A DNA stretch of 63,817 nt from Pseudomonadota bacterium (GCA_023412745.1 JAEZBZ010000276.1:1-63817), one strand, 5' to 3'; counted from the first letter of the stretch, positions 1 to 9,852 are shown. Notes: a model not told the origin generated them from the sequence alone. Made by a program: numbers and translations.

Positions 1-2
1 TC

Positions 3-1061
3 CGTCGGCAGTGGTTCGCCCGGCGCGACGAGGCTCGGCCGCAGCGCCAGGAAATCGGCGCGTGATAACAGACCCTGTAAGAGCTTATGCGCGCGGACTT
101 CATTGGCGCCTTGGATCTGAGCCAGGCGTTCGGCGAGATCGGAGTGGGGAATCGCGATCTCGGCCGCGGCCGTATTGAGGTCGAGCTTCCGCTCCCAGGC
201 GCGGGCCAGTCGGGCGAGCTGCGTCGCATCCTCGGTGGCTGGCGCCGGCAATTGCGGAGCGAGGCCGCGCACGGCCATATGCGCGAGCCAGTCGCCACGC
301 ATGCTCGGAACAGCCGTCCGAGTAATGGTCAGCGCCAGCTTGAAGATATCCGACGCCGGCAAGGCCCGGTCTGGAGACTGATTGGCCAATGCCTCCCAGT
401 CGCTTGCATGCCACCCGATGTTCGCGAGCGAAAGCCGGAAGACACTGCCGGCGGTATCGACCTGCTCAAGTCGCGCAGGTTCGTTCGACTTCGACAGTGC
501 GCCCACGAGACGCTGGAGCGCATCGCGCATCGCGGGCATGTCTTCGGCGGCCGCGCAGGGCAGCGTGAGGAAGCGCATGGAGGCGGCGACCTCGGGTTCG
601 TGTCCGGACAGTGCCGCGGCGATCACGCTGTCGACCGGCAGACGCGACGTACAACTCGGCGCCGCGTCCGGCGGCAGCCCATCGATCCAATCACGCACCG
701 CCTGGATGTCCTGATCCGACAGCACGGGGACGTCCGGCTGTCCGGTGGCAGGCGGCATCGCGCGGCGCAGCATCAACGTGTAGAGGGGGGAGGCGTCGGA
801 AAAGCCGGGGCGCACCAGTGATGGATCGCGGGCGACGCGGCCGAGATCGAGAATGTCCAGCAGGGGACTGCGCGCCGGAACAGCCTCGGCCTCACCGCTC
901 TGATGACAGCGCGCGCAATGAGTTTGCAGAACTTCAGCGGCGCGCAGAGCAATTGCTGAACGCTCGCTGGCAGAGGCCGCAACGGGCAGCGCGCTGCACG
1001 CGGATACGCAAGCAGCCAGCGCAAACCATCTCAAAAACGTACGCAAAGGGGATCCATCCAT
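3..1061 (-). CDS. Exported c-type cytochrome-domain protein (Planctomycete cytochrome C-like N-terminus), truncated by window edge
   Basis: Manual translation from ATG at 1061: MDGSPLRTFLRWFALAACVSACSALPVAASASE (signal-like), CARCH heme motif at 903-917, then LVRPGFSDASPLY..MPP..LSDQDIQAVRDWI. Frame open to the edge, so absent from the ORF track. Confidence 0.75.
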   Translation of the reverse strand, partial: MDGSPLRTFLRWFALAACVSACSALPVAASASERSAIALRAAEVLQTHCARCHQSGEAEAVPARSPLLDILDLGRVARDPSLVRPGFSDASPLYTLMLRRAMPPATGQPDVPVLSDQDIQAVRDWIDGLPPDAAPSCTSRLPVDSVIAAALSGHEPEVAASMRFLTLPCAAAEDMPAMRDALQRLVGALSKSNEPARLEQVDTAGSVFRLSLANIGWHASDWEALANQSPDRALPASDIFKLALTITRTAVPSMRGDWLAHMAVRGLAPQLPAPATEDATQLARLARAWERKLDLNTAAAEIAIPHSDLAERLAQIQGANEVRAHKLLQGLLSRADFLALRPSLVAPGEPLPT

Positions 1062-1086
1062 GACGCGGCGAACGGTGCCCCGGACG

Positions 1087-1413
1087 TCAGTCGACGTTGA
1101 GCTTGACCTTCTCGACGACCCGCACGCCGGCATCATCGAGCCAGCTCAGTTCCAGTTCGCCCGGTCCCGGCACCTTCATATAGAACGACATATACGGATT
1201 GGCGGAAATGCCCGGCTGCAGGTCAGCCTTGAAGACTTCCTTGCCGTTGAACGTGGCGGTGAAGGTGTTGATGATGTTGCGCGGGATCGGCTTGCCGTCC
1301 CGGTCCTTGCGCAGGCCCGTCTCCATGATGTGGTTGATCAGCGACTTCACCTCGATGACATCGCCGACCTTGACCGGATCGGGAACTCTGACGCGCGGCT
1401 TGGCAGCAGACAT
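1087..1413 (-). CDS. soxZ: Thiosulfate oxidation carrier complex protein SoxZ
   Basis: HIMETGLRKD..IPRNII..ISANPY motifs; directly downstream of soxY. Confidence 0.93.
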   Translation of the reverse strand: MSAAKPRVRVPDPVKVGDVIEVKSLINHIMETGLRKDRDGKPIPRNIINTFTATFNGKEVFKADLQPGISANPYMSFYMKVPGPGELELSWLDDAGVRVVEKVKLNVD

Positions 1414-1441
1414 GGCTTGGTCCTTCTGATTGGTGTTGCCA

Positions 1442-1933
1442 CTAGCCGCCGCAGCCGCCGATTGTGACCTTCACGTTGCGCTTGATCATCGCGAACTGGC
1501 CGTCGCTGAACTCGGCCACACTGACCACGTCTTGCGTCTGGGCCAGCCGCATCCGGCTCGACACCGCCGCCTTGCCGGAGGCTGGCGTAAAGTGGAACGT
1601 GCCGACCATCGGCTGCGGGTTGGCGGTCGAGAACACGTGCACCGACTTGACGTAGTCTTTCTCCGTCATCGGGCTATCGACGACGACGCTGAAGGGCACG
1701 GTGTTGCCATTCTCGGCGATCTCGGGAACGTCGAGGGTGATCTTGCCTTCCAGCGGCTTGGCATCTCCGATGATCTTCTTGACCGCAGCTTCCCATACCT
1801 CGGGGGCGGCAGGCGGTGGGGCGCTTTGCGCCAACGCAGCAGTATTGGACAGAGTAAATGCTGCGACTCCGGCCGCGCCGACCCCCTGCAACAGCGCTCG
1901 TCTGTTGATGAGTCCCGATCCGGTGTCGTGCAT
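1442..1933 (-). CDS. soxY: Sulfur carrier protein SoxY (canonical)
   Basis: Tat motif NRRALL, PEIAENGNTVP, canonical C-terminal VKVTIGGCGG swinging arm. Confidence 0.95.
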   Translation of the reverse strand: MHDTGSGLINRRALLQGVGAAGVAAFTLSNTAALAQSAPPPAAPEVWEAAVKKIIGDAKPLEGKITLDVPEIAENGNTVPFSVVVDSPMTEKDYVKSVHVFSTANPQPMVGTFHFTPASGKAAVSSRMRLAQTQDVVSVAEFSDGQFAMIKRNVKVTIGGCGG

Positions 1934-2116
1934 CTCAATGTCCTTTGTGGAGCTGTCGTTGTCCCAGCGTGAAGCGCCAATTCATGAGTGCCTGGGATAT
2001 GTTGAAAACCTTACAGCATTATATGCTGGCCGTCATTGTCGCCTAATGTCACTCTTTATTGAGTAGAGGACCTGTGGCTTTCCTTTCGGCGGACGATCTT
2101 CAGACCTAATCCTGTC

Positions 2117-2136
2117 ATATTAGCATATGATGATGT
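2117..2136. promoter_or_regulatory. Candidate SoxR (ArsR/SqrR-type) operator ATAT-N12-ATGT
   Basis: AT-rich imperfect palindrome in the divergent soxY/soxS intergenic region; same pattern at 5024-5043 upstream of soxR. Confidence 0.45.
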
Positions 2137-2186
2137 TCGGTGCCATTTCAGTCGCGAGCGTTCCAGATATGAGCTGAGCGCATGCT

Positions 2187-2654
2187 ATGACAGGTTGGCT
2201 TCAAAAAATCCGGATGCTGTCGAATTTCGGCTCCATCGCGTTGGCGATTGCCGCAACCTTGCTTGCCATCGGCCTCGCGCGTGAAGGTGGCGTTGCAAGC
2301 GCAAGCGAGCAGAATGATGCGCTGCGCAATGGCGTTCACCTGCTGATGATCGAAGATCCTGGATGTCCCTACTGCGCGCGGTGGCACCGCGAAGTTGGTA
2401 CAGCCTACGCGGCCAGCGCCGAGGGAAAATTTGCGCCTTTGGTCCGCCGACATCGCAATGCTGCCGATATTATCAATTTTAGGAATATCGTTTTCTCGCC
2501 AACTTTCATCATCGTGCGGGATGGGGTGGAGATTGACCGGATCGTCGGCTACCCTGGCCCGGACTTCTTCTGGGGTCTGCTGGGTCGAATTCTGGAGCGC
2601 GCGGGGTACAAGCCTGGTGGCCGAGCATCTGAGGAAGCACCATCACTGAAGTAG
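2187..2654 (+). CDS. soxS: SoxS-like periplasmic thioredoxin-fold protein
   Basis: Signal/TM segment, CPYC motif, FSPTF cis-Pro loop, RIVGYPGPDFFW; sox context; start may be 2214. Confidence 0.75.
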   Translation: MTGWLQKIRMLSNFGSIALAIAATLLAIGLAREGGVASASEQNDALRNGVHLLMIEDPGCPYCARWHREVGTAYAASAEGKFAPLVRRHRNAADIINFRNIVFSPTFIIVRDGVEIDRIVGYPGPDFFWGLLGRILERAGYKPGGRASEEAPSLK

Positions 2655-2691
2655 GCTGGAAAGCTTTGACAACAGCATCGAGGGATTAGAG

Positions 2692-4017
2692 ATGACGAAA
2701 ATTACGCGCCGCGATTTCGCCAAGCTGGCGGGTGTGGCTGGTATGGCCGGCGTCGGCACATCGGCATTTGGCCGGTTTGCAATCGCGCAGGGCGCTGCAA
2801 AAATCGTGGTGGTCGGTGGCGGGGCCGGCGGTGCCACTGTCGCGCACTTCCTGAAGAAGGGTGATCGGAAGCTCGACGTGACGCTGATCGAGGCCAACGC
2901 CCGCTATAGCTCGTCGTTCTTCTCCAACCTGTACCTCGGTGGCTTCCGGTCTTTCGACTCGCTGAACCACGACTATGCGGCGCTGACCAAACTCGGCGTC
3001 AAAGTCGTTCGCGACTACGCCTCCGATGTCGACACCTCGGCGAAATCGGTGACGACGCGCGGCGGCCGCAAGTTCAGCTACGACAAGCTGGTTCTCTCAC
3101 CGGGCATCGACATCAAGTACGACTCGATCGCCGGCTATTCGCGCGAAGCGGCGCAGATCATGCCGCACGCCTACAACACCGACGGCGCCCAGAAGGCGCT
3201 GCTGAAGAAGCAGATCGACTCCATGAAGGACGGCGGCACGGTCATCATGGCGATGCCCAACAATCCCTATCGCTGCCCGCCCGGCCCGTATGAGCGCATG
3301 TGCATGATCGCGCACATCCTTAAGACGAAAAAGCCGAAGTCCAAGCTGATCGTGCTCGATCCGAAGAAGGCTTTCTCGAAGCAGCCGGTCTTCATGGAAG
3401 CGGTGAACCGCTACTATAAGGACATCATCGAGCTCAACCTGACCAATGAGATCGACAGCTTCGCGGTTACTCGCGTTGACCCGAAGACGCGCGAAGTCGA
3501 GATCAAGGACGGCAAGAAGTGGACCGGCGATGTGGTCAACGTCATTCCGCAGCAGCGGGCTGGCGAGATCGCGATCAAGGCCGGCTGCGCTGAAGGCGAC
3601 TGGTGCCCCATCAATCCGGACAGCTTCGCTTCGGCGAAGGTGAAGGACGTCTATGTTCTCGGCGACGCCACGATCGCGACTGAAATGCCGAAGTCGGCGT
3701 TCTCGGCCAACAGCCAGGCCAAGGTCGTTGTGGCCGACATCCTGAGCGCGGTGTCGCAGAAGGAAAAGTTCCCGGCCCGCTTCCGCAACACCTGCTGGTC
3801 ACTGGTTGCGCCGGACGATTGCATCAAGGTCGGCGCCAACTATCAGCCAGCGGAAGGTAAGCTAGCGTCGTCCGGCGGTTTCGTATCGAAGCCTGGTGAG
3901 GATGCCGAGGTGCGTAAGCAGAACTACGCTGAGAGCGTTGGTTGGTACGACAGCATCATCACCGAGATGTTTGCCAAGGCGCCGTCAGCTCCGGCTGCCA
4001 AGAAGAAGAAGGGCTGA
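2692..4017 (+). CDS. soxF: Flavocytochrome c sulfide dehydrogenase flavoprotein (SoxF/FccB)
   Basis: Tat motif TRRDF, GGGAGG FAD site, RCPPGPYER and NTCWS catalytic cysteines, PKSAFSANSQAK. Confidence 0.92.
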   Translation: MTKITRRDFAKLAGVAGMAGVGTSAFGRFAIAQGAAKIVVVGGGAGGATVAHFLKKGDRKLDVTLIEANARYSSSFFSNLYLGGFRSFDSLNHDYAALTKLGVKVVRDYASDVDTSAKSVTTRGGRKFSYDKLVLSPGIDIKYDSIAGYSREAAQIMPHAYNTDGAQKALLKKQIDSMKDGGTVIMAMPNNPYRCPPGPYERMCMIAHILKTKKPKSKLIVLDPKKAFSKQPVFMEAVNRYYKDIIELNLTNEIDSFAVTRVDPKTREVEIKDGKKWTGDVVNVIPQQRAGEIAIKAGCAEGDWCPINPDSFASAKVKDVYVLGDATIATEMPKSAFSANSQAKVVVADILSAVSQKEKFPARFRNTCWSLVAPDDCIKVGANYQPAEGKLASSGGFVSKPGEDAEVRKQNYAESVGWYDSIITEMFAKAPSAPAAKKKKG

Positions 4018-4149
4018 GTCCGGCCCTGGCTTCGGCCTGATGTCCATTGGTGGATGGCAGGCTGAGGCAGGCGATCGGTTGAGCTTCGCGGCCAGGACGA
4101 TACGTCACCCTGGCCGCTTTGCATTGGGCCGGAGTTCGCTGGAGTTATG

Positions 4150-4176
4150 CGCAACTCGCTGAGGGCGCGAGTTGCG
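4150..4176. terminator. Hairpin between convergent soxF and cytochrome c genes
   Basis: CGCAACTCGC-7nt-GCGAGTTGCG perfect 10-bp stem. Confidence 0.5.
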
Positions 4177-4215
4177 ATTGGTCAGGGAGCCAGAGCGCTC
4201 TGGCGGCGGTTCAAT

Positions 4216-4560
4216 TCAGCGCTTGCGGTCCTTCGCGGTCGCTTTGGCTGGCTTGGGCGCCAGCGAGCTGAAATAGACCGACAGGGCCTCGATCTGTTCG
4301 GCGTCCAGCGATTGCGCCACCGATGACATCGCCGGATTGTTGCGCGTGCCGGATTTATAGAAACCGAGCGTTTCGGTGAAGTAGTCCTTTTCCAGGCCGA
4401 CAATGGACGGAATGCCGTTGTCGACGCCATCGACGCGATGGCAGGCCGTGCACTCCTGCGACAGATGCTGGCCGTAAGCCATCAAGCGATCCGAGGCGGT
4501 TGCGGAGCCAGTGGCTGTTGCGCTCATTGCCAGTCCCATTGCCACCACGCGGCCCTTCAT
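4216..4560 (-). CDS. Small monoheme class I cytochrome c (c553/c4-like)
   Basis: Signal peptide, CTACH, PSIVG, RNNPAM distal Met. Confidence 0.88.
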   Translation of the reverse strand: MKGRVVAMGLAMSATATGSATASDRLMAYGQHLSQECTACHRVDGVDNGIPSIVGLEKDYFTETLGFYKSGTRNNPAMSSVAQSLDAEQIEALSVYFSSLAPKPAKATAKDRKR

Positions 4561-4627
4561 CAAGCATTCCTCGTATCGTGTGTGTTGTTATTGCAAGTCT
4601 TGGGCTTTCCCTCCGATAGGGCAGCCC

Positions 4628-4996
4628 TCATGGCTTCTGCATCTTGCCGGCGCAGTAGTGGTTATAAAGCGTCGCAACGATGTCCTTGGCCACGGTGTCG
4701 GCGAGCGAGTAGTAGGCGAAATGTCCGCGCCGCTCGACTTCGACTAGCCCGTGCAGCCGAAGATGAGTCAGGTGCTGCGAGGTCAGGCTTTGCCGCGCGC
4801 CGATGGCCTCCGAGATCTCGCTGACGGTTTTCTTGCTCTCCATCAGCAGGCACAGGATCATCAATCGGTACGGGCTGCCGATCGAGCGCAGCAACTTGGC
4901 GGCTTCGGAAGCAGCCTGCTGCATGCCCGCCAGCATTTCGCTTTTTGAAGCCGTATCAGCAACCGCAGTGCTAGAGTCCTGCGCCATCTGGGTCAT
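4628..4996 (-). CDS. soxR: ArsR-family sulfane-sulfur-responsive repressor (SoxR/SqrR/BigR type)
   Basis: RLMILCLL helix-2 Cys, SQHLTHLR HTH, C-terminal YC Cys; sox context. Confidence 0.82.
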   Translation of the reverse strand: MTQMAQDSSTAVADTASKSEMLAGMQQAASEAAKLLRSIGSPYRLMILCLLMESKKTVSEISEAIGARQSLTSQHLTHLRLHGLVEVERRGHFAYYSLADTVAKDIVATLYNHYCAGKMQKP

Positions 4997-5023
4997 CCTG
5001 AGCCCGAATACCGTATGATCAGA

Positions 5024-5043
5024 ATATGTATGTGCTTGAATGT
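5024..5043. promoter_or_regulatory. Candidate SoxR autoregulatory operator
   Basis: ATATGTATGTGCTTGAATGT (ATAT-N12-ATGT), 27 bp upstream of the soxR start. Confidence 0.45.
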
Positions 5044-5238
5044 TGGCAACGCGGCGGCTGACGGCAGCTTTTCCGCATAAAGCACCATGTTGGCGGCCCC
5101 CACGCCTCGCAAGCCCGAACTGGACTATCTATATTGCCCTCAACGAGCAGCGCACGCGGTTGCGTATGCTCGGTTAAGTCTTGGGGCGGCGATGATAACG
5201 GATTGTGTCTTGATCCGAGCAATCGCCTGAATTTTCAA

Positions 5239-5256
5239 CTTGACGTTAAGGTCAAG
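5239..5256. promoter_or_regulatory. LiuR-like 18-bp palindromic operator overlapping a TTGACG -35 box upstream of the fad operon
   Basis: CTTGACGTTAAGGTCAAG, 16/18 self-complementary; resembles the LiuR TT(T/G)ACGTwwACGT(A/C)AA box. Confidence 0.6.
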
Positions 5257-5321
5257 CGGTTAACCATGCGCATCACCGTCGGCGACGGCCAGAACAGCGA
5301 CATGGCAGGGAGGCGAAGTCC

Positions 5322-7820
5322 ATGTCCGGGTTGATCTTCATTTTGATCTGCGTTGCGCTTGTCTTTTTCCTGGCCATGCGCCGGGCGTCACTGGCGCTGT
5401 GGGCCGCCGCGCTGGCCGCGGTGACATTCATCCTGCAATCGGGAATATTCAGCGGTACGCCCAGCGGCTTCGGGTTCTGGAGCCTGGTCGGCTGGCTGCC
5501 GGCTCTCGCCCTGGCCGCGCTGTCGATCCCTGCGGTAAAGCGCAGGGTAGTCGTGGAGCCAGCCTTCCGCATGGTTCGCGGCGTGCTGCCCAAGGTCTCC
5601 GATACCGAGCAGGAGGCGCTGGATGCCGGCACCACCGGATTTGATGCCGAGATCTTCTCCGGACGTCCCGACTGGACCAAGCTCGCCAGTATTCCGCCGA
5701 TCACGCTGACCGAGGAAGAGCAGGCGTTCCTTGACGGTCCGACCGAAAACCTGTGCCGGATGATCGACGACTGGAAGATCCGGCATACCGATCGCGACAT
5801 CCCCGAAGACATCTGGAATTTCGTCCGCCGCAACGGCTTCCTCGGCATGCTCATCTCGAAGAAGCATGGCGGCCTCGGCTTCTCGGCCCAGGCGCAGTCG
5901 CTGATCCTCGGCAAGATCTCGTCGCGCTCGCCGGATGTCTCCACCATCGTCATGGTACCCAACTCGCTGGGTCCAGGCGAGCTGATCGAGAAGTACGGCA
6001 CCGCCGCGCAGAAAGAGCACTACCTGCCGCGGTTGGCGCGCGGCGATGAGATTCCGTGCTTTGCGCTGACCGGCCCCACTTCCGGCTCCGACGCCGCCAC
6101 CATGCGCGACATTGGCATGGTGGTGCGCGGCACGCATGATGGCAAGGAAACGCTTGGCATCCGCCTGTCGTGGGACAAGCGTTACATCACGCTCGGGCCC
6201 AAGGCGACGCTGCTTGGCCTGGCTTTCCGCCTGTTCGATCCCGACAACCTGCTCGGCAAGGGCGAGGACGTCGGCATCACGCTGGCGATCATTCCGGCCG
6301 ACCACCCCGGCGTGAACATTGGCCGCCGCCATCTGCCTGGCGGCATGGCGTTCCCGAACGGTCCGAACTGGGGCCGTGACGTTTTCATCCCGCTCGACTG
6401 GGTGATCGGCGGCGCGGACAAAGCGGGCCATGGCTGGCGTATGCTGATGGAGTGCCTGTCGGCTGGCCGCTCGATCTCGTTGCCGTCGTCGGCCACCGCG
6501 GGAACCAAGGCGCTGCTACGCTTTTCGACCGCCTACGGACGGGTGCGCCGCCAGTTCGGCCTGCCGGTCGGGCGCATGGAGGGGCTGGAAGAACCGCTGG
6601 CGCGTATGGTTGAGGCCGCCTACGTCAACGAAGCGGCGCGAGCTGCCACGGCCGCCATGGTCAGCCGCGGCGAGAAGCCTGCGGTAATCTCGGCACTGAT
6701 GAAGTACCAGACCACCGAACGCATGCGCCGTACCGTCAATGACGCCATGGATCTGCATGGTGGCCGCGGCATCTGCGATGGACCGACAAATTACCTGCAG
6801 TCTGCCTATCAGACCGTGCCGATCGGCATCACGGTGGAAGGCGCAAATATTCTCACCCGTACGCTGATTACATTCGCGCAGGGTGCGTTGCGGTCTCACC
6901 CGTATCTCTATCGCGAGATTCAAGCGGTGCAGAACCCCGATGCGCGGGCTGGGCTCGTCGCCTTCGAGGATGCGTTCCTCAACCACATCTCGTTCAGCGT
7001 CGCCAACGTGTTCGGCGCGCTGTTCCATAATCTCACCGGCGGCATGCTGGCCGATGCGCCTGACAAAGTCGGCCGTATGAGCGAATGGTATCGGCAGATC
7101 TGGCGCGGCGCGCATAACTTTGCGCTGGTTGCCGACCTGACCGTGGCGCTGCTCGGCGGCAGCCTGAAGGTGAAGCAGAAGATCACTGGACGGCTGGCGG
7201 ATGCATTGGCCGAGCTGTACTTGCTGGCCTGCGTGCTGAAGCGCTTCGATGACGACGGCCGCCCGGAAGACGATCGCGTCATCGTCGAGATGGCGGCGCG
7301 CAACGGACTATATCGCTTCTATGATGCGCTCAGCGGCGCCATCGACAACTTCCCGGTTGCCTGGGGAGGCGTGCTGATGCGTGTGCTGGTGTTCCCGCTG
7401 GGTCATCACTTCCGCCCGGCGCCGGACCGTCTCGGCCACGAAGCCGTGCGGCTGGTGCTGCAGCCGGGCGAGGTGCGCGACCGTCTCACGCGGCACATCT
7501 ACCTGACCCGCGATCCGCGCGATCCGACCGGTTTGCTCGAGGTCGCGATGGAAAAGGTGATCGCGGCGGAAGAGGCGGAGAAGAAGCTCGAACGGGCGAT
7601 CCGGGCGGGCAAGGTCAGGCGCTATCACGGTATCGACTGGATCGGCGATGCGGCGCGCCAGGGCATCATCAGCGAGTCCGAGGCGACGCAGTTGCGCGAG
7701 GTCGAAAACCTCACCGATCGTGTCATTGCCGTTGATCATTTCGACCCGGCGGAGGTCAGACCGCACTACATCAGCGTCGGCCACAATTCCCGGGGTGAGA
7801 ACAGGGCTGCGGCCGAGTAG
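5322..7820 (+). CDS. fadE: Long-chain acyl-CoA dehydrogenase FadE
   Basis: N-terminal TMs, VMVPNSLGPGEL, CFALTGPTSGSDA, ITVEGANILTR, DUF1974-like C-terminus. Confidence 0.93.
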   Translation: MSGLIFILICVALVFFLAMRRASLALWAAALAAVTFILQSGIFSGTPSGFGFWSLVGWLPALALAALSIPAVKRRVVVEPAFRMVRGVLPKVSDTEQEALDAGTTGFDAEIFSGRPDWTKLASIPPITLTEEEQAFLDGPTENLCRMIDDWKIRHTDRDIPEDIWNFVRRNGFLGMLISKKHGGLGFSAQAQSLILGKISSRSPDVSTIVMVPNSLGPGELIEKYGTAAQKEHYLPRLARGDEIPCFALTGPTSGSDAATMRDIGMVVRGTHDGKETLGIRLSWDKRYITLGPKATLLGLAFRLFDPDNLLGKGEDVGITLAIIPADHPGVNIGRRHLPGGMAFPNGPNWGRDVFIPLDWVIGGADKAGHGWRMLMECLSAGRSISLPSSATAGTKALLRFSTAYGRVRRQFGLPVGRMEGLEEPLARMVEAAYVNEAARAATAAMVSRGEKPAVISALMKYQTTERMRRTVNDAMDLHGGRGICDGPTNYLQSAYQTVPIGITVEGANILTRTLITFAQGALRSHPYLYREIQAVQNPDARAGLVAFEDAFLNHISFSVANVFGALFHNLTGGMLADAPDKVGRMSEWYRQIWRGAHNFALVADLTVALLGGSLKVKQKITGRLADALAELYLLACVLKRFDDDGRPEDDRVIVEMAARNGLYRFYDALSGAIDNFPVAWGGVLMRVLVFPLGHHFRPAPDRLGHEAVRLVLQPGEVRDRLTRHIYLTRDPRDPTGLLEVAMEKVIAAEEAEKKLERAIRAGKVRRYHGIDWIGDAARQGIISESEATQLREVENLTDRVIAVDHFDPAEVRPHYISVGHNSRGENRAAAE

Positions 7821-7839
7821 GCGGGCAAGGAGGTTCAGC

Positions 7840-9852
7840 GTGGTCGATACGACGCAAGTCACGGACATGACACAACTGAAGGACTGGCGCTTTTCCGTCG
7901 ACCGGGAAGGCATCGCCTGGGCCATCTTCGACCGGGAAGGCGAGAGCGCCAATGCGCTCGGCCGGCGGCCGCTTGAGGAGTTAGGCGCCATCGTCCAACA
8001 CGTCGAGGGGCTGGCGGGGTCGGGGCAAGTCTCCGGCCTTGTCATGATGTCCGGCAAGGAGAAGAGCTTCATCGTCGGCGCTGACATCCGCGAATTCGAT
8101 CAGCTCGACACCGAGACCAAGGTCATCGAGGCGATCCGGCCGGTCAACATGATGCTCGACCGCATCGAGCGCCTGCCGGTGCCGGTGGTGTGCGCCATCC
8201 ACGGCGCCTGCGTGGGCGGCGGCCTGGAACTGGCCCTTGCCTGCCACTACCGCATCGCCACGCGCGATGACGCCACCCGCGTCGGCTTCCCTGAAGTCAA
8301 GCTTGGCCTGTTCCCCGGCTTCAACGGCACGGCGCGTTCGATCCGCCTGGCCGGCGCGCTGTCGGCGATGCAGAACATGCTCACCGGCTCGATGCTGCGC
8401 GCGCCCGTTGCCCGGGCGCTCGGCTATATCGACGAACTGGTGCCGAGCCGTCTGAACCTGCGCTGGGCCGCGCGCAAGGCGGTGCTCCAAAAGCGCAAAT
8501 CGAAACCGGCCGGATGGCTGAAAGCGATGCTGGCGCAGTGGCCGGCGCGCGGCCTGCTCGCCAACAAGATGCGCACCGAGACGCGTAAGAAGGTGCGCGA
8601 GGATCATTATCCCTCGCCGTTCCGTCTGATCGACCTGTTCGAGACCCACGGCGGCAATCTGGAAGCGCTGAAGCAGGCGGAAACGCGTGCCTTCGCGCCG
8701 CTGATGATCAGCGATACCTCGCGTAATCTGCGTCGCGCGTTCCGCCTGTTGGAGCTTCTGAAGGCGCAGGCACCGAAGGGCCTCGATTGGAAGCCGCTGC
8801 GCGTTCACGTGATCGGTGCCGGCACCATGGGCGCCGACATCGCCGGCTGGTGCGTCGCCTCCGGCATGGAGGTGTCGCTGCAGGATATCTCGGCCGAGCA
8901 GATCAAGCGCGGCATCGACGCTCAGGGTAAGCTGTTCGCGCGCAAGTTCAAGACCAAGGCGCAGCGCGATGCAGCCAAGGCGCGCCTGATCGCCGATCCG
9001 CAGGGCAAGAACATCGGCCGCGTCGACGTGGTCATCGAGGCTATCGTCGAGAAGCTTGAGGTCAAGCAGGAGCTTTTCAAGTCCATCGAGGGCAAGCTGA
9101 AGCCCGGAGCTGTGCTGGCGACCAATACCTCCTCGATCATGATTGAGGAGATCGCGCGTGCGCTTGCCGATCCGGGCCGCCTGATCGGCATCCATTTCTT
9201 CAATCCGGTCGCAAAGATGCCGCTGGTGGAAGTGGTGCGCGGCGCCGGCACCCGCGACAGTGAGATAGAGAAGGGCGCGAAGTTCGTCACCGCGATCGAC
9301 AAGTTTCCGCTGGTGGTGAAGAGTGTGCCGGGGTTCCTGGTCAATCGCGTGCTGGCGCCCTACCTGATGGGCGCGATGCAGCGGCTCCAGGCCGGTGAGG
9401 AAAAGGAGCGCATCGACGAGGCGGCGCGCGCGTTCGGCATGCCGATGGGTCCGATAGAACTCGCCGATACCGTCGGCCTCGACATCTGCGCCCACGTTGG
9501 CAAGATCCTCGGCTTGGCGAGCGACAACTCCGAACTCGACCGCATGGTGGCGCAGGGCAAGCTCGGCAAAAAGACCGGCGAGGGTTTCTACGTTTGGAAG
9601 GACGGCAAGCCGCAGAAGGCCGTCAAAACCTACGACAAGGCGGGGCTTGAACGTCTCGGCCGTGAACTGATCGAGCCGCTGATCGCGGAATGCGAACGCT
9701 GCCTCGACGAAGGCGTCGTCGCGAATGCCGATCTGGTCGATGCCGGCGTGATTTTCGGCACCGGCTTCGCACCGTTCCGTGGCGGTCCGCTGCATTATCG
9801 CGCCAGTACGCAAGGCGGCGTGGTGGGCGAACCGCGCGCGGCCGCCGAATAG
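7840..9852 (+). CDS. fadJ: Fatty acid oxidation complex alpha subunit (enoyl-CoA hydratase/3-hydroxyacyl-CoA dehydrogenase)
   Basis: GGGLELALAC, PEVKLGL, IGAGTMGADIA, ATNTSS, HFFNP; GTG start after AAGGAGG RBS. Confidence 0.9.
   Translation: MVDTTQVTDMTQLKDWRFSVDREGIAWAIFDREGESANALGRRPLEELGAIVQHVEGLAGSGQVSGLVMMSGKEKSFIVGADIREFDQLDTETKVIEAIRPVNMMLDRIERLPVPVVCAIHGACVGGGLELALACHYRIATRDDATRVGFPEVKLGLFPGFNGTARSIRLAGALSAMQNMLTGSMLRAPVARALGYIDELVPSRLNLRWAARKAVLQKRKSKPAGWLKAMLAQWPARGLLANKMRTETRKKVREDHYPSPFRLIDLFETHGGNLEALKQAETRAFAPLMISDTSRNLRRAFRLLELLKAQAPKGLDWKPLRVHVIGAGTMGADIAGWCVASGMEVSLQDISAEQIKRGIDAQGKLFARKFKTKAQRDAAKARLIADPQGKNIGRVDVVIEAIVEKLEVKQELFKSIEGKLKPGAVLATNTSSIMIEEIARALADPGRLIGIHFFNPVAKMPLVEVVRGAGTRDSEIEKGAKFVTAIDKFPLVVKSVPGFLVNRVLAPYLMGAMQRLQAGEEKERIDEAARAFGMPMGPIELADTVGLDICAHVGKILGLASDNSELDRMVAQGKLGKKTGEGFYVWKDGKPQKAVKTYDKAGLERLGRELIEPLIAECERCLDEGVVANADLVDAGVIFGTGFAPFRGGPLHYRASTQGGVVGEPRAAAE

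Noticed and set aside
87..821. 244-aa plus-strand ORF and other ORFs in 87-1063
   Set aside because: Antisense shadows of the minus-strand CxxCH gene; no motifs.
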